Source: Gallionella sp.
GTDB taxonomy: Bacteria > Pseudomonadota > Gammaproteobacteria > Burkholderiales > Gallionellaceae
Assembly: GCA_044230015.1 (NCBI GenBank)
Contig: JBGARW010000001.1
Location: 18,205 to 82,204, forward strand
Reading direction: 5' to 3'
Length of the DNA stretch: 64,000 nucleotides
Numbering within the stretch: position 1 is the stretch's first letter; the number at the start of each line of letters is the position of its first letter. Shown here piece after piece: positions 37,414 to 45,730 of the stretch. A program made the translations under genes and the position numbers. The notes beneath the pieces are model-generated. The model saw only the letters and a list, made by a program, of their open reading frames with translations. It made no database searches and was not told the DNA's origin.

Positions 37414-37737
37414 ATGATGAAACCGGCGCAGGTGGTAAAGGCATTGGCGGCATTGGCGCAGCCCACGCGCCTGGCGGTTTACCGCCTGCTGGTGGCGCGC
37501 GGCCCGGAAGGCATGGCGGCGGGGCAGGTGGCCGAAAGGCTGAAAGTGTCCCCGGCCACGCTGTCGTTCCATCTCAAGGCGCTCAGCCATGCCGGGCTGC
37601 TGGACAGCCGGCAGGACGGGCGCTTCGTTTATTACGCGGCGAATTTCACGGTGATGAACGGCATGGTGGATTATCTGACCGAGAACTGTTGCGGCGGCGA
37701 TGCGGACCAATGCCGTACACCCGTTAAGAAATGTTGA
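37414..37737 (+). CDS. arsR: ArsR/SmtB-family metalloregulator with a C-terminal Cys cluster
   Basis: 107 aa with the wHTH segment LAQPTRLAVYRLL...LSFHLKALSHAGLL. The C-terminus reads ENCCGGDADQC. No CVC is present in the helix, so it resembles the Acidithiobacillus-type As(III) site. Confidence 0.9.
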   Translation: MMKPAQVVKALAALAQPTRLAVYRLLVARGPEGMAAGQVAERLKVSPATLSFHLKALSHAGLLDSRQDGRFVYYAANFTVMNGMVDYLTENCCGGDADQCRTPVKKC

Positions 37738-37759
37738 TGACATCGGAAGGGAAAATGAA

Positions 37760-38257
37760 ATGAGCGAAAAGCAATACAACGTGCTGGTGTTGTGCACCGG
37801 CAATTCCGCGCGCAGCATCCTCGGTGAAGTGCTGTTCAATACGCTGGGCAGGGGCAGGTTCAAGGCCTACAGCGCGGGCAGCAGGCCGGCGGGAAGGGTC
37901 AATCCGTTCGCGCTGGAATTGCTCCAGGAGCGGGGACACGACATCGCTGGCCTGCGCAGCAAGAGTTGGGACGAATTCGCCGCACCCGGCGCGCCCGAGA
38001 TCGATTTCGTCTTCACCGTGTGCGACAACGCGGCCGGCGAAACCTGCCCGGTCTGGCCGGGCAAACCGGCGACTGCGCACTGGGGGATCCCCGACCCGGC
38101 GCATGTCGAGGGTGATGAGGCGCGCCGCGCGGCCTTCAGGAAAGCCTATGAGCAACTGGCGCGGCGCATCCAGCTGTTCATGAGCCTGCCCATCGGGAAG
38201 CTCGACAAGCTCATCCTGAAAGAAAAGCTTGCCGAGATCGGGCGCATTCAGGATTGA
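37760..38257 (+). CDS. arsC: arsenate reductase, LMW-PTPase (thioredoxin-coupled) type
   Basis: Start at MSEKQYNVLVLCTGNSARS (P-loop CX5R). A downstream Cys pair is present in VCDNAAGETCP. Confidence 0.9.
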   Translation: MSEKQYNVLVLCTGNSARSILGEVLFNTLGRGRFKAYSAGSRPAGRVNPFALELLQERGHDIAGLRSKSWDEFAAPGAPEIDFVFTVCDNAAGETCPVWPGKPATAHWGIPDPAHVEGDEARRAAFRKAYEQLARRIQLFMSLPIGKLDKLILKEKLAEIGRIQD

Positions 38258-38267
38258 GGAGGCCGCC

Positions 38268-38645
38268 ATGGGCAAGATACAGGTCTTCGACCCGGTACTC
38301 TGTTGCAGCACCGGTGTCTGTGGTACCGAGGTCGATCAGGATCTGGTGGATTTCAGCGCGAATGTCGACTGGCTGAGGCGTGCCGGCGGGCAGGTCGAGC
38401 GGTTCAATCTCGCGCAGCAGCCAATGGCCTTTGCAGAGGATCCGGTGGCGAAGGCTTTTCTGGAACGCTCGGGAGCGGAAGGATTGCCCTTGATCCTGCT
38501 GGATGGAGAGATCGCCATGGCAGGAAGGTATCCCACACGCAAAGAGCTGGCTCGATTCGCCGGGATTCGCGACGCATCGGGTGAGATCGCCGTTCCGGAA
38601 GTAAAGGCCGGCGGTTGCGGCTGTTCAGACAGCAAGTGCGGTTAG
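38268..38645 (+). CDS. arsD: arsenic metallochaperone / trans-acting repressor ArsD
   Basis: Start at MGKIQVFDPVLCCSTGVCG, matching the Cys12-Cys13-Cys18 pattern. Immediately upstream of arsA. Confidence 0.9.
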   Translation: MGKIQVFDPVLCCSTGVCGTEVDQDLVDFSANVDWLRRAGGQVERFNLAQQPMAFAEDPVAKAFLERSGAEGLPLILLDGEIAMAGRYPTRKELARFAGIRDASGEIAVPEVKAGGCGCSDSKCG

Positions 38646-38665
38646 CCAGCCCATGGGAGATCGCC

Positions 38666-40420
38666 ATGAAATTCATTGACCAGCCGCCACGTTTTCTGTT
38701 TTTCACGGGCAAGGGGGGCGTGGGCAAGACCTCCATTGCTTGCGCAACATCGATCCAGTTGGCTGAAGCCGGAAAGCGCGTGCTGCTGGTCAGCACCGAT
38801 CCGGCTTCCAATGTCGGGCAGGTGTTCGGCATCACGATAGGCAATCGCATCACTGCCATTCCCGCCGTCCCCCGCCTGGCCGCGCTGGAGATCGATCCTC
38901 AAGCAGCGGCGCAGGCCTATCGCGACCGCATCGTCGCCCCGGTGCGGGGCGTGTTGCCCGATGCGGTGGTAAGAAGCATCGAGGAACAACTTTCCGGAGC
39001 TTGCACAACGGAGATCGCCGCGTTCGATGAATTCACCGCGCTGCTGGTCGATTCGGCGCTGACCAAGGATTACGACCACATTATTTTCGATACTGCACCT
39101 ACGGGGCATACGATCCGGCTGCTGCAACTGCCGGGCGCATGGAGCGGCTTCCTGGCAGAAGGCAAAGGCGATGCGTCATGCCTCGGCCCCCTGGCCGGTC
39201 TGGAAAAACAGCGGGAGCAATACAGGGCCGCTGTCGATGCGCTGGCCGACGGCAGCCGCACCAGGCTGATCCTGGTCGCCCGTGCGCAGCAGGCGACCCT
39301 GCGCGAAGTCGCCCGTACGCATGAAGAACTCGCTGCCATTGGCCTGCAACAGCAGTACCTGGTCATCAACGGCATCCTGCCCCATGCGGAAACCGCAAGT
39401 GACCCGCTGGAGGCTGCGATTCACGAACGCGAACAGGCAGCCCTCGGCGCCATTCCCGAAGTCCTGAGGGGGTTGCCTTTCGATCAGGTCATGCTCAAAC
39501 CCTTCAATCTGGTCGGGCTGGAGGCGCTGCGTCAGCTGCTGATGGACAACCCGCCACAAGACCGAGTGAATATCGACTCTCCGATTGAATTGGATGAGCC
39601 CGGATTGACCGAGCTGGTGGATGGCATCGCGGCCGATGGGCATGGGCTTGTCATGTTGATGGGCAAGGGCGGTGTGGGCAAGACCACACTGGCAGCGGCG
39701 ATTGCCGTGGAGCTGGCGCACCGGGGCTTGCCGGTGCATCTCACGACATCCGATCCTGCTGCGCATCTGACGGAAACGCTGATCGGTACTCTTGGGGATC
39801 TGACGGTAAGCCGCATCGACCCTCATGCGGAAACCGAACGCTACCGGCAGCATGTGCTGGACACCAGGGGCGCGCAACTCGATGCGCAAGGCCGCGCACT
39901 GCTGGAAGAGGATCTGCGCTCGCCCTGCACCGAGGAGATCGCGGTATTCCAGGCGTTCTCCCGCATCATCCGCGAGGCAGGCAAGAAGTTCGTCGTCATG
40001 GATACTGCGCCGACCGGGCACACGTTGTTGCTGCTCGACGCGACGGGAGCCTATCACCGGGAAGTTTCGCGACAGATGGTCGACAAGGGAATGAACTTCA
40101 CCACCCCCATGATGCAATTGCAGGATCCCAGGCAAACCAAAGTGCTGGTCGTGACGTTGGCCGAAACCACGCCGGTGCTGGAAGCAGCCAATCTGCAAAG
40201 CGACTTGCGTCGGGCCGGCATCGAGTCCTGGGCATGGATCATCAATACAAGTGTCGCAGCGGCTTCCGCCCGATCGCCGTTGCTGCGGCAAAGGGCAGCG
40301 AATGAACTGCGCGAAATCAATGCTGTTGCCAGCCAGCATGCACAGCGTTATGCGGTCGTTCCCCTTCTCGGGAATGAGCCTGTCGGCGTGACGCGCCTGC
40401 TGGAACTGGTTGCCGGTTAA
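38666..40420 (+). CDS. arsA: arsenite-stimulated ATPase ArsA
   Basis: Two homologous halves with P-loops FTGKGGVGKTS and MGKGGVGKTT. The DTAPTGHT motif occurs twice. Metalloid-site cysteines are seen in GACTTE, ASCLGP and SPCTEE. Confidence 0.95.
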   Translation: MKFIDQPPRFLFFTGKGGVGKTSIACATSIQLAEAGKRVLLVSTDPASNVGQVFGITIGNRITAIPAVPRLAALEIDPQAAAQAYRDRIVAPVRGVLPDAVVRSIEEQLSGACTTEIAAFDEFTALLVDSALTKDYDHIIFDTAPTGHTIRLLQLPGAWSGFLAEGKGDASCLGPLAGLEKQREQYRAAVDALADGSRTRLILVARAQQATLREVARTHEELAAIGLQQQYLVINGILPHAETASDPLEAAIHEREQAALGAIPEVLRGLPFDQVMLKPFNLVGLEALRQLLMDNPPQDRVNIDSPIELDEPGLTELVDGIAADGHGLVMLMGKGGVGKTTLAAAIAVELAHRGLPVHLTTSDPAAHLTETLIGTLGDLTVSRIDPHAETERYRQHVLDTRGAQLDAQGRALLEEDLRSPCTEEIAVFQAFSRIIREAGKKFVVMDTAPTGHTLLLLDATGAYHREVSRQMVDKGMNFTTPMMQLQDPRQTKVLVVTLAETTPVLEAANLQSDLRRAGIESWAWIINTSVAAASARSPLLRQRAANELREINAVASQHAQRYAVVPLLGNEPVGVTRLLELVAG

Positions 40421-40431
40421 GGATACAGGCC

Positions 40432-41460
40432 ATGAATCTGTTCGAACGTTATCTGACTCTCTGGGTTGCTCTGTGCATCTTTGCCGGCGTGCTGCTCGGA
40501 CAATTCCTGCCCGGCGTGTTCCAGGCCATCGCCGGCCTGGAAGTCGCCAAAGTGAACATCCCGGTCGGCGTGCTGGTGTGGGTGATGATCATCCCGATGC
40601 TGCTGAAAATAGACTTCGGCGCGCTGCACCAGGTCAGGGCGCATGTGCGCGGCATCGGCGTCACGCTGTTCGTCAACTGGGCGGTGAAGCCGTTCTCGAT
40701 GGCCTTCCTCGGCTGGCTGTTCATCCGCCAGGTGTTCGCCGGCTACCTGCCGCAGGACCAGCTCGACAGCTATGTGGCCGGGCTGATATTGCTGGCCGCC
40801 GCGCCGTGCACCGCGATGGTGTTCGTGTGGAGCAACCTGGTGAAAGGCGATCCCTACTTCACGCTGTCGCAGGTGGCGCTCAACGACACCATCATGATCT
40901 TCGCCTTCGCGCCGCTGGTGGCGCTGTTGCTCGGCATCGCCAGCATCGCCGTGCCGTGGGACACGCTGTTCGTCTCGGTGGTGTTCTACATCGTGATCCC
41001 GGTGGTCATCGCGCAACTGCTGCGCCGCCGCCTGCTGGCCGGCGGCGAGGCCCCGTTCAGGCAGGTGATGGAGCATATCGCGCCGTATTCGATGGGCGCG
41101 CTGCTGGTGACGCTGGTGCTGCTGTTCGCGCTGCAGGGCAACGCCATCGTCGCGCAACCGCTGGTGATCGCCATGCTCGCCGTGCCGATCCTGATCCAGG
41201 TGCTGTTCAATTCCGGGCTGGCCTACTGGCTGAACCGCCGCCTGGGCGTGGCGCACTGCGTCGCCGCCCCGTCCGCGCTGATCGGCGCGAGCAACTTCTT
41301 CGAGCTGGCGGTGGCCACCGCCATCAGCCTGTTCGGCTTCCAGTCCGGCGCGGCGCTGGCCACGGTGGTCGGGGTGCTGATCGAGGTGCCGGTGATGCTG
41401 CTGGTGGTGAAAGTCGCCAATGCCTCGCAGGGCTGGTACGGCAACACATCGGGAAAATAG
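40432..41460 (+). CDS. acr3: arsenite efflux permease, ACR3 family
   Basis: 342 aa with ~10 TM segments and the motif LLAAAPCTAMVFVWS, which contains the conserved ACR3 Cys. Confidence 0.92.
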   Translation: MNLFERYLTLWVALCIFAGVLLGQFLPGVFQAIAGLEVAKVNIPVGVLVWVMIIPMLLKIDFGALHQVRAHVRGIGVTLFVNWAVKPFSMAFLGWLFIRQVFAGYLPQDQLDSYVAGLILLAAAPCTAMVFVWSNLVKGDPYFTLSQVALNDTIMIFAFAPLVALLLGIASIAVPWDTLFVSVVFYIVIPVVIAQLLRRRLLAGGEAPFRQVMEHIAPYSMGALLVTLVLLFALQGNAIVAQPLVIAMLAVPILIQVLFNSGLAYWLNRRLGVAHCVAAPSALIGASNFFELAVATAISLFGFQSGAALATVVGVLIEVPVMLLVVKVANASQGWYGNTSGK

Positions 41461-41553
41461 AGCTTTCCCGCTGCGGTTGCCAAAATTCAGGTTGAACATT
41501 CCGCATTACTTCGGTAGAATCCGCGCTCTTTTGAAATCGGTTGGAGTAGAACC

Positions 41554-41790
41554 ATGGCACGTGTATGTCAAGTGACGGGCAAAGGCCCGATGGTCGGGAA
41601 CAATGTTTCCCATGCCAATAACAAAACCAAGCGCCGTTTTTTGCCGAATCTGCAACGCCGCCGCTTCTGGGTTGAAAATGAGAACCGCTGGGTCAGCCTG
41701 CGCCTGAGCAATGCGGCGCTGCGCACCATCGACAAGAACGGCATCGACGCGGTGCTGTTCGAGATGCGCGCCCGCGGCGAGAAAGTCTAA
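41554..41790 (+). CDS. rpmB: 50S ribosomal protein L28
   Basis: 78 aa beginning [34 protein letters not shown]. Confidence 0.96.
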   Translation: MARVCQVTGKGPMVGNNVSHANNKTKRRFLPNLQRRRFWVENENRWVSLRLSNAALRTIDKNGIDAVLFEMRARGEKV

Positions 41791-41801
41791 GGAGAACGAA
41801 C

Positions 41802-41969
41802 ATGGCAAAAGGCGCACGCGAAAAGATCAAGCTGGAGTCCTCCGCCGGTACGGGGCACTTCTACACCACCAACAAGAACAAGCGCACCACCCCGGGAAAG
41901 CTCGAATTCATGAAGTTCGACCCGGTGGTCCGCAAGCATGTCGCCTACAAGGAAACCAAGCTGAAGTAA
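41802..41969 (+). CDS. rpmG: 50S ribosomal protein L33
   Basis: 55-aa ORF, absent from the track because it is under 60 aa: [63 protein letters not shown] lies upstream. Confidence 0.93.
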   Translation: MAKGAREKIKLESSAGTGHFYTTNKNKRTTPGKLEFMKFDPVVRKHVAYKETKLK

Positions 41970-41994
41970 TCCAGCAAGGTTTTGCAGCACAAAC

Positions 41995-42020
41995 AAAAAA
42001 CCCGCTTCGGCGGGTTTTTT
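41995..42020. terminator. bidirectional rho-independent terminator between rpmG and phoU
   Basis: AAAAAA, stem CCCGC, loop TTCG, stem GCGGG, then TTTTTT. Confidence 0.9.
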
Positions 42021-42037
42021 GCTGGGTATCGGTCCGG

Positions 42038-42757
42038 CTATCCCGGCGTCCCGGATTGCAGTTCCTGTTCGACCTCTTCCACGCTGATGTGGCGTGCATT
42101 GCGCCCCTTGATTATGTACACCATGTGTTCGGCGATGTTCTGCGCATGGTCTCCCATGCGCTCGACCGATTTGGCGATGAACAGCATCTCCAGCGCGTTG
42201 GAGATGGTGCGGGGATCCTCCATCATCAGGGTGATGAGGTAGCGCAGGATGGTGCGGAACTCGTCGTCCACCAGCTCGTCCTGGCGCATCACGTGGGCGA
42301 CGTTGGAGATGTTCAGGCGGGCGAATGAATCCAGCGACTGGTGCAGCATATCCAGCACCAGCCTGGTGGCGCGCAGGATCTCGGTATAACGCGGGGAATA
42401 GAAATGTTCCCTGTGCGACAGCAGTTTTCCCATGCGTGCGATCTTTTTCGCCTCGTCGCCGATGCGCTCGATGTCGGTGATGGTCTTGATCACGGCCATC
42501 ACCATACGCAGATCGTTCGCTGCCGGTTGGCGGCGGGCGATGATCCGGACGCATTTCTCGTCGATGGTGACCTCCATCCCGTTCACGCGGTGATCGTCCT
42601 CTATGATGCGATCCATCAGGGCGACGTCGTTGCTGGCCAGGGCGTCCATGGCCAGCTGTATCTGGCTTTCCACCAGGCTGCCCATCACCATCACCTGTCT
42701 GCGCACCTCCTCTAGTTCGGCGTCGAACTGTGTCGATGTGTGTATGCTGTGGTTCAT
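42038..42757 (-). CDS. phoU: phosphate signalling complex protein PhoU
   Basis: 239 aa with two PhoU repeats containing the motifs IERIGDEAKKIA and VERMGDHAQNIAE. Confidence 0.94.
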   Translation of the reverse strand: MNHSIHTSTQFDAELEEVRRQVMVMGSLVESQIQLAMDALASNDVALMDRIIEDDHRVNGMEVTIDEKCVRIIARRQPAANDLRMVMAVIKTITDIERIGDEAKKIARMGKLLSHREHFYSPRYTEILRATRLVLDMLHQSLDSFARLNISNVAHVMRQDELVDDEFRTILRYLITLMMEDPRTISNALEMLFIAKSVERMGDHAQNIAEHMVYIIKGRNARHISVEEVEQELQSGTPG

Positions 42758-42913
42758 CCGATCCTCCCCGGTAAATTTTGCTTCAACGTCCCATGCTACC
42801 GGTGGATCGTGACGGAATTGTTACGTGCCGGCGCCGGGCTAAGGCGCGCTTCCGGGAATCGATGCGCCCGGCTCGCCATGGGACGTTCCGGGGAATCGCC
42901 GGTGCGGGTCATG

Positions 42914-42953
42914 CTGTCACAGTAATTTCATCCGAATGTCACTAAAGTTTTAC
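42914..42953 (+). promoter_or_regulatory. Pho box array upstream of the Zn-phospholipase-C-family gene
   Basis: CTGTCAC-AGTA-ATTTCAT-CCGA-ATGTCAC-TAAA-GTTTTAC: four heptamers in exact 11-bp phase, ending 22 nt before the ATG at 42976. Confidence 0.55.
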
Positions 42954-42975
42954 GGTATGCGCGGAAACTGCCCGC

Positions 42976-43878
42976 ATGCGAGATATCCTTGGGCATTGGC
43001 GTTGGCTCGTTCCGCTGCTGTTGTTCAGTGCAGATGCTCACGCATGGGGGTTGTATACCCACATCTATTTCGCCCAATTGCTGTTATGGGCTGTTCCATT
43101 GACCGATCCGCGATTCCGCCGTGCCGTGGCGGCGCATCCCCGTCTGGTACTGGCCGGAGCCTGCCTGCCCGACCTGTCGCTGTTTGGGTCCCATCTCGGC
43201 GCGGCGGAACTTGGCGGGACGCATCGCTGGGAGAGCGTGCACAGGCAGGTTGTCCATGCCCGGACTGACGAGGAACGCGCGCTTGCACTGGGTTTTGCCA
43301 GCCATCTGCTGTCCGACGTGATCGCGCACAACCATTTCGTTCCGGCACATGAGCGCATGTGGCCGAACCTGCCGATGGCGACGCATGCGGCGGCGGAGTG
43401 GGCGATGGATATGCATATCAGCCGGCACTTGTTCGTTGTGCCGGCAGGGTTGCTCGACCAGCACCGCCATGAGCTCGCCGCCCATATGGTGCGCCATTTC
43501 GGTTGTACTGCGGCGGGGGCGTGGCGCAGCATGCGCCTGCTGGCCAGGGCCGAGTCGCTGCTGCGCACCAGCCGTTTGCCGCAGCTCTGTTATCGGGGCG
43601 CCCTGCTGCTCGACGAGCGGTTGCACCATCGCTTCAATCATTACCTGCGCGAGATGACCGGCAAGATGGGGCATATCAACCGTATCCTGTCCGGCGAGGT
43701 GCCGCGCTGGCATGCCGAACCGCCCTGCATGGAGGCCACGCGGGCACTCATCGGCTCGTGCATGCCGCACCAGCTCAGGGGCAGGATGCCGCTGCCGCAG
43801 GACCTGTTTCAGATCGATAACGATGCGCTGGCAAGCGTCGCGCCGATCGCCGCGCCGGCCAGCACATCACTGGGGTAG
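42976..43878 (+). CDS. zinc-dependent phospholipase C / S1-P1-fold family protein, exported
   Basis: 300 aa. The signal peptide ends ...SADAHA|WG, so the mature N-terminus would be Trp, as in Zn-PLCs. His/Asp ligand-like positions are seen in THIYF, LPD, THRW and HLLSDVIAHNH. The C-terminal ~70 nt overlap the convergent PAP2 gene. Confidence 0.65.
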   Translation: MRDILGHWRWLVPLLLFSADAHAWGLYTHIYFAQLLLWAVPLTDPRFRRAVAAHPRLVLAGACLPDLSLFGSHLGAAELGGTHRWESVHRQVVHARTDEERALALGFASHLLSDVIAHNHFVPAHERMWPNLPMATHAAAEWAMDMHISRHLFVVPAGLLDQHRHELAAHMVRHFGCTAAGAWRSMRLLARAESLLRTSRLPQLCYRGALLLDERLHHRFNHYLREMTGKMGHINRILSGEVPRWHAEPPCMEATRALIGSCMPHQLRGRMPLPQDLFQIDNDALASVAPIAAPASTSLG

Positions 43879-44339
43879 TGCAGCCCCAGTATCGGGCGCG
43901 ACAGGGCGACCAGCACGGTGAACGGCAATACCAGCCAGAGCAGTGACGGGAAGTAGGCGACGGCGATGATGCTGAACGCGACGGCATGCAGGGTGTGGCC
44001 CGAAGGGAAGCTGAACTGGTCGAGCGTCTTGCCGGTGCAGACGATGGATGGGTAGACGTTGAACGGGCGCGGGCGCAAGGCTTTGCCCTTGATCAGCTTG
44101 TAGATCGGCGTGCAAACCATCCCGACGATGAGCATGTGCGTCACGGCGGGCAATGCCCCGGACTGGTAGCGCAACAGCAACCCTGCCATGAGCGCATACC
44201 AGAATATGCCGTCACCGAGCCGGCTGACGGTGCGGAACAGGTTGCGTACCGACAGATAGCGGCTCTGCCGGTTGCAGAATCGGCATAGCTCGGCATCCCA
44301 CTGGTTGATCTGCTGCAGCGGAAAACCCGGCTTGGACAT
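43809..44339 (-). CDS. PAP2-family lipid phosphatase
   Basis: 176 aa membrane protein with the three PAP2 motifs: KGKALRPRP, FPSGHT and SRPILGLHYPSD. Confidence 0.88.
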   Translation of the reverse strand: MSKPGFPLQQINQWDAELCRFCNRQSRYLSVRNLFRTVSRLGDGIFWYALMAGLLLRYQSGALPAVTHMLIVGMVCTPIYKLIKGKALRPRPFNVYPSIVCTGKTLDQFSFPSGHTLHAVAFSIIAVAYFPSLLWLVLPFTVLVALSRPILGLHYPSDVLAGAAIGATLASASLSI

Positions 44340-44368
44340 TCTCTACTCCTTGCGTGCCACGGCGACAG

Positions 44369-45586
44369 TCACCATGTGGGGCGGTCCGCAGCGGAAAGCC
44401 CGGCCCGGGCATCTTTCACCCCGTCCGCGCGCGCGATACCGGTAAGCACTGTCTCCATCTGTTCCATGATGTGATCCCAGGTCAACGATTCAACCGTCTG
44501 GCGCGCGCCGCTGCGGATGCGCCTGATGCGCTCCATGTCGGCGACCAGGCCGCTCGCATGGGCGATGAACGCCGCAGTGTCATCGAACGGCGCGAGCAGC
44601 CCGTTCACTTCGTGGCGGATATGCTGGCGTGCCGCGGCATAATCGTAAGCGATGGTCGCCAGGCCGCTGGCCATCGCCTCCACCGTCACGTTGCCGTAGG
44701 TCTCGGTCAGGCTCGGGTAGAGAAAGATGTCGCCCGAGGCATAATGCCTCGCGAGGTCCTCGCCGGTGCGCATGCCGGAGAAGATCACATGCGGATGCTG
44801 TTTTTCCAGCGCGGCACGCGCCGGGCCGTCACCGACCATTACCAGTTTCGTGTCCGGCCGGGCCGCGCGCATCTGCTCGAATGCCTGGATCACCACCTGC
44901 AGGTTCTTTTCCGGCGCAAGACGGCTGACGATGATTGCCACCGGCGTGTCTTCCGCTGCACCCCACGCATCGCGCAACCCCATGCTGCGTTTTGCCGGAT
45001 GGAACAGCTCCGCGTCGACGCCGCGCGACACCACTTTCACATCCCGGTAGCCGCCGCGCAGCAACTCCTGTTTCAGCGAAGCGGTCGGCACGATGGTGCA
45101 GTCGGTGCGGTTGTGGAAGCGGCGCAGATAGGATGCGATCGGCTTGCCCAGCCAGCCCACCCCGTAGTGCTGGCTGTAGTTGTGGAAGTTGGTGTGGAAA
45201 TCCGTGCTGACCGGGATACCCAGCTTGCGTGCGGCCGAGCAGGCCGACCAGCCGAGTGGGCCTTCGGTGGCGATATGCACGATGTCCGGGCGCCGTTGCC
45301 GCCATAGGCGCAGCAACTGGCCCTTCGCCGGGAATCCGGCTTTCAGTTCCGGATAGCCGGGGATCGGCATGCCAGCGACCAGTGTCTCTTCGAACAGCCC
45401 CTCCTGTCGCGGCATGTCCTGCCTGTTCTGGCGCGGACGAACCAGGTGGATCCTGTGCCGGCGCCTGGCCAGTCCCTCCACCATGCGGCCGAGGGTGATG
45501 GCGACGCCGTTCACCTCGGGCAGGTAGGTTTCGGTTACCAGTGCGATGTGCAGCGGCGTATGGGTGGTCTGGTCTGGTGTCTTCAT
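44369..45586 (-). CDS. GT4-family (GT-B) glycosyltransferase, candidate diacylglycerol glycolipid synthase
   Basis: 405 aa. The N-terminus IALVTETYLPEVNGVA is typical of SqdX/Agt-like GT4 enzymes. The C-terminal part contains the E(T)YG motif in SLTETYGNVTVEAMASG. Confidence 0.8.
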   Translation of the reverse strand: MKTPDQTTHTPLHIALVTETYLPEVNGVAITLGRMVEGLARRRHRIHLVRPRQNRQDMPRQEGLFEETLVAGMPIPGYPELKAGFPAKGQLLRLWRQRRPDIVHIATEGPLGWSACSAARKLGIPVSTDFHTNFHNYSQHYGVGWLGKPIASYLRRFHNRTDCTIVPTASLKQELLRGGYRDVKVVSRGVDAELFHPAKRSMGLRDAWGAAEDTPVAIIVSRLAPEKNLQVVIQAFEQMRAARPDTKLVMVGDGPARAALEKQHPHVIFSGMRTGEDLARHYASGDIFLYPSLTETYGNVTVEAMASGLATIAYDYAAARQHIRHEVNGLLAPFDDTAAFIAHASGLVADMERIRRIRSGARQTVESLTWDHIMEQMETVLTGIARADGVKDARAGLSAADRPTW

Positions 45587-45609
45587 GCGGCGTATCCTGC
45601 CGCGCGTAT

Positions 45610-45638
45610 ATGAAGGTTGAATGAAAGTTTTTTGAAGA
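45610..45638 (-). promoter_or_regulatory. candidate Pho box upstream of the GT4 gene
   Basis: The minus strand reads TCTTCAA-AAAA-CTTTCAT-TCAA-CCTTCAT in 11-bp phase. It ends only 23 nt before the ATG, which is tight for a promoter, so confidence is moderate to low. Confidence 0.35.
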
Positions 45639-45730
45639 ATTGATTACTGTTTCGATGCCGCAGTGCGCTTGCGATCCGTGTTGCAATATAACGGTAGCAT
45701 TTGTCACGTAGACTGAAGCGTTCACATACG

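Noticed and set aside
37233-41553. The ars operon as a mobile genomic island
   Set aside because: No integrase, transposase, tRNA attachment site or flanking direct or inverted repeats are visible. GC content looks similar to the flanks by eye. I kept it only as a context observation.
42800-42830. Pho box for phoU (minus strand ACGTAAC-AATT-CCGTCAC)
   Set aside because: Only one good half-site (CCGTCAC) is present and the partner heptamer matches weakly. This is insufficient on its own.
45640-45730. Pho box for the pyruvate-kinase-like gene (TTGTCAC near 45700)
   Set aside because: Only one good heptamer is present, and the 11-bp-phased neighbours (AACGGTA, ACTGAAG) are poor matches.
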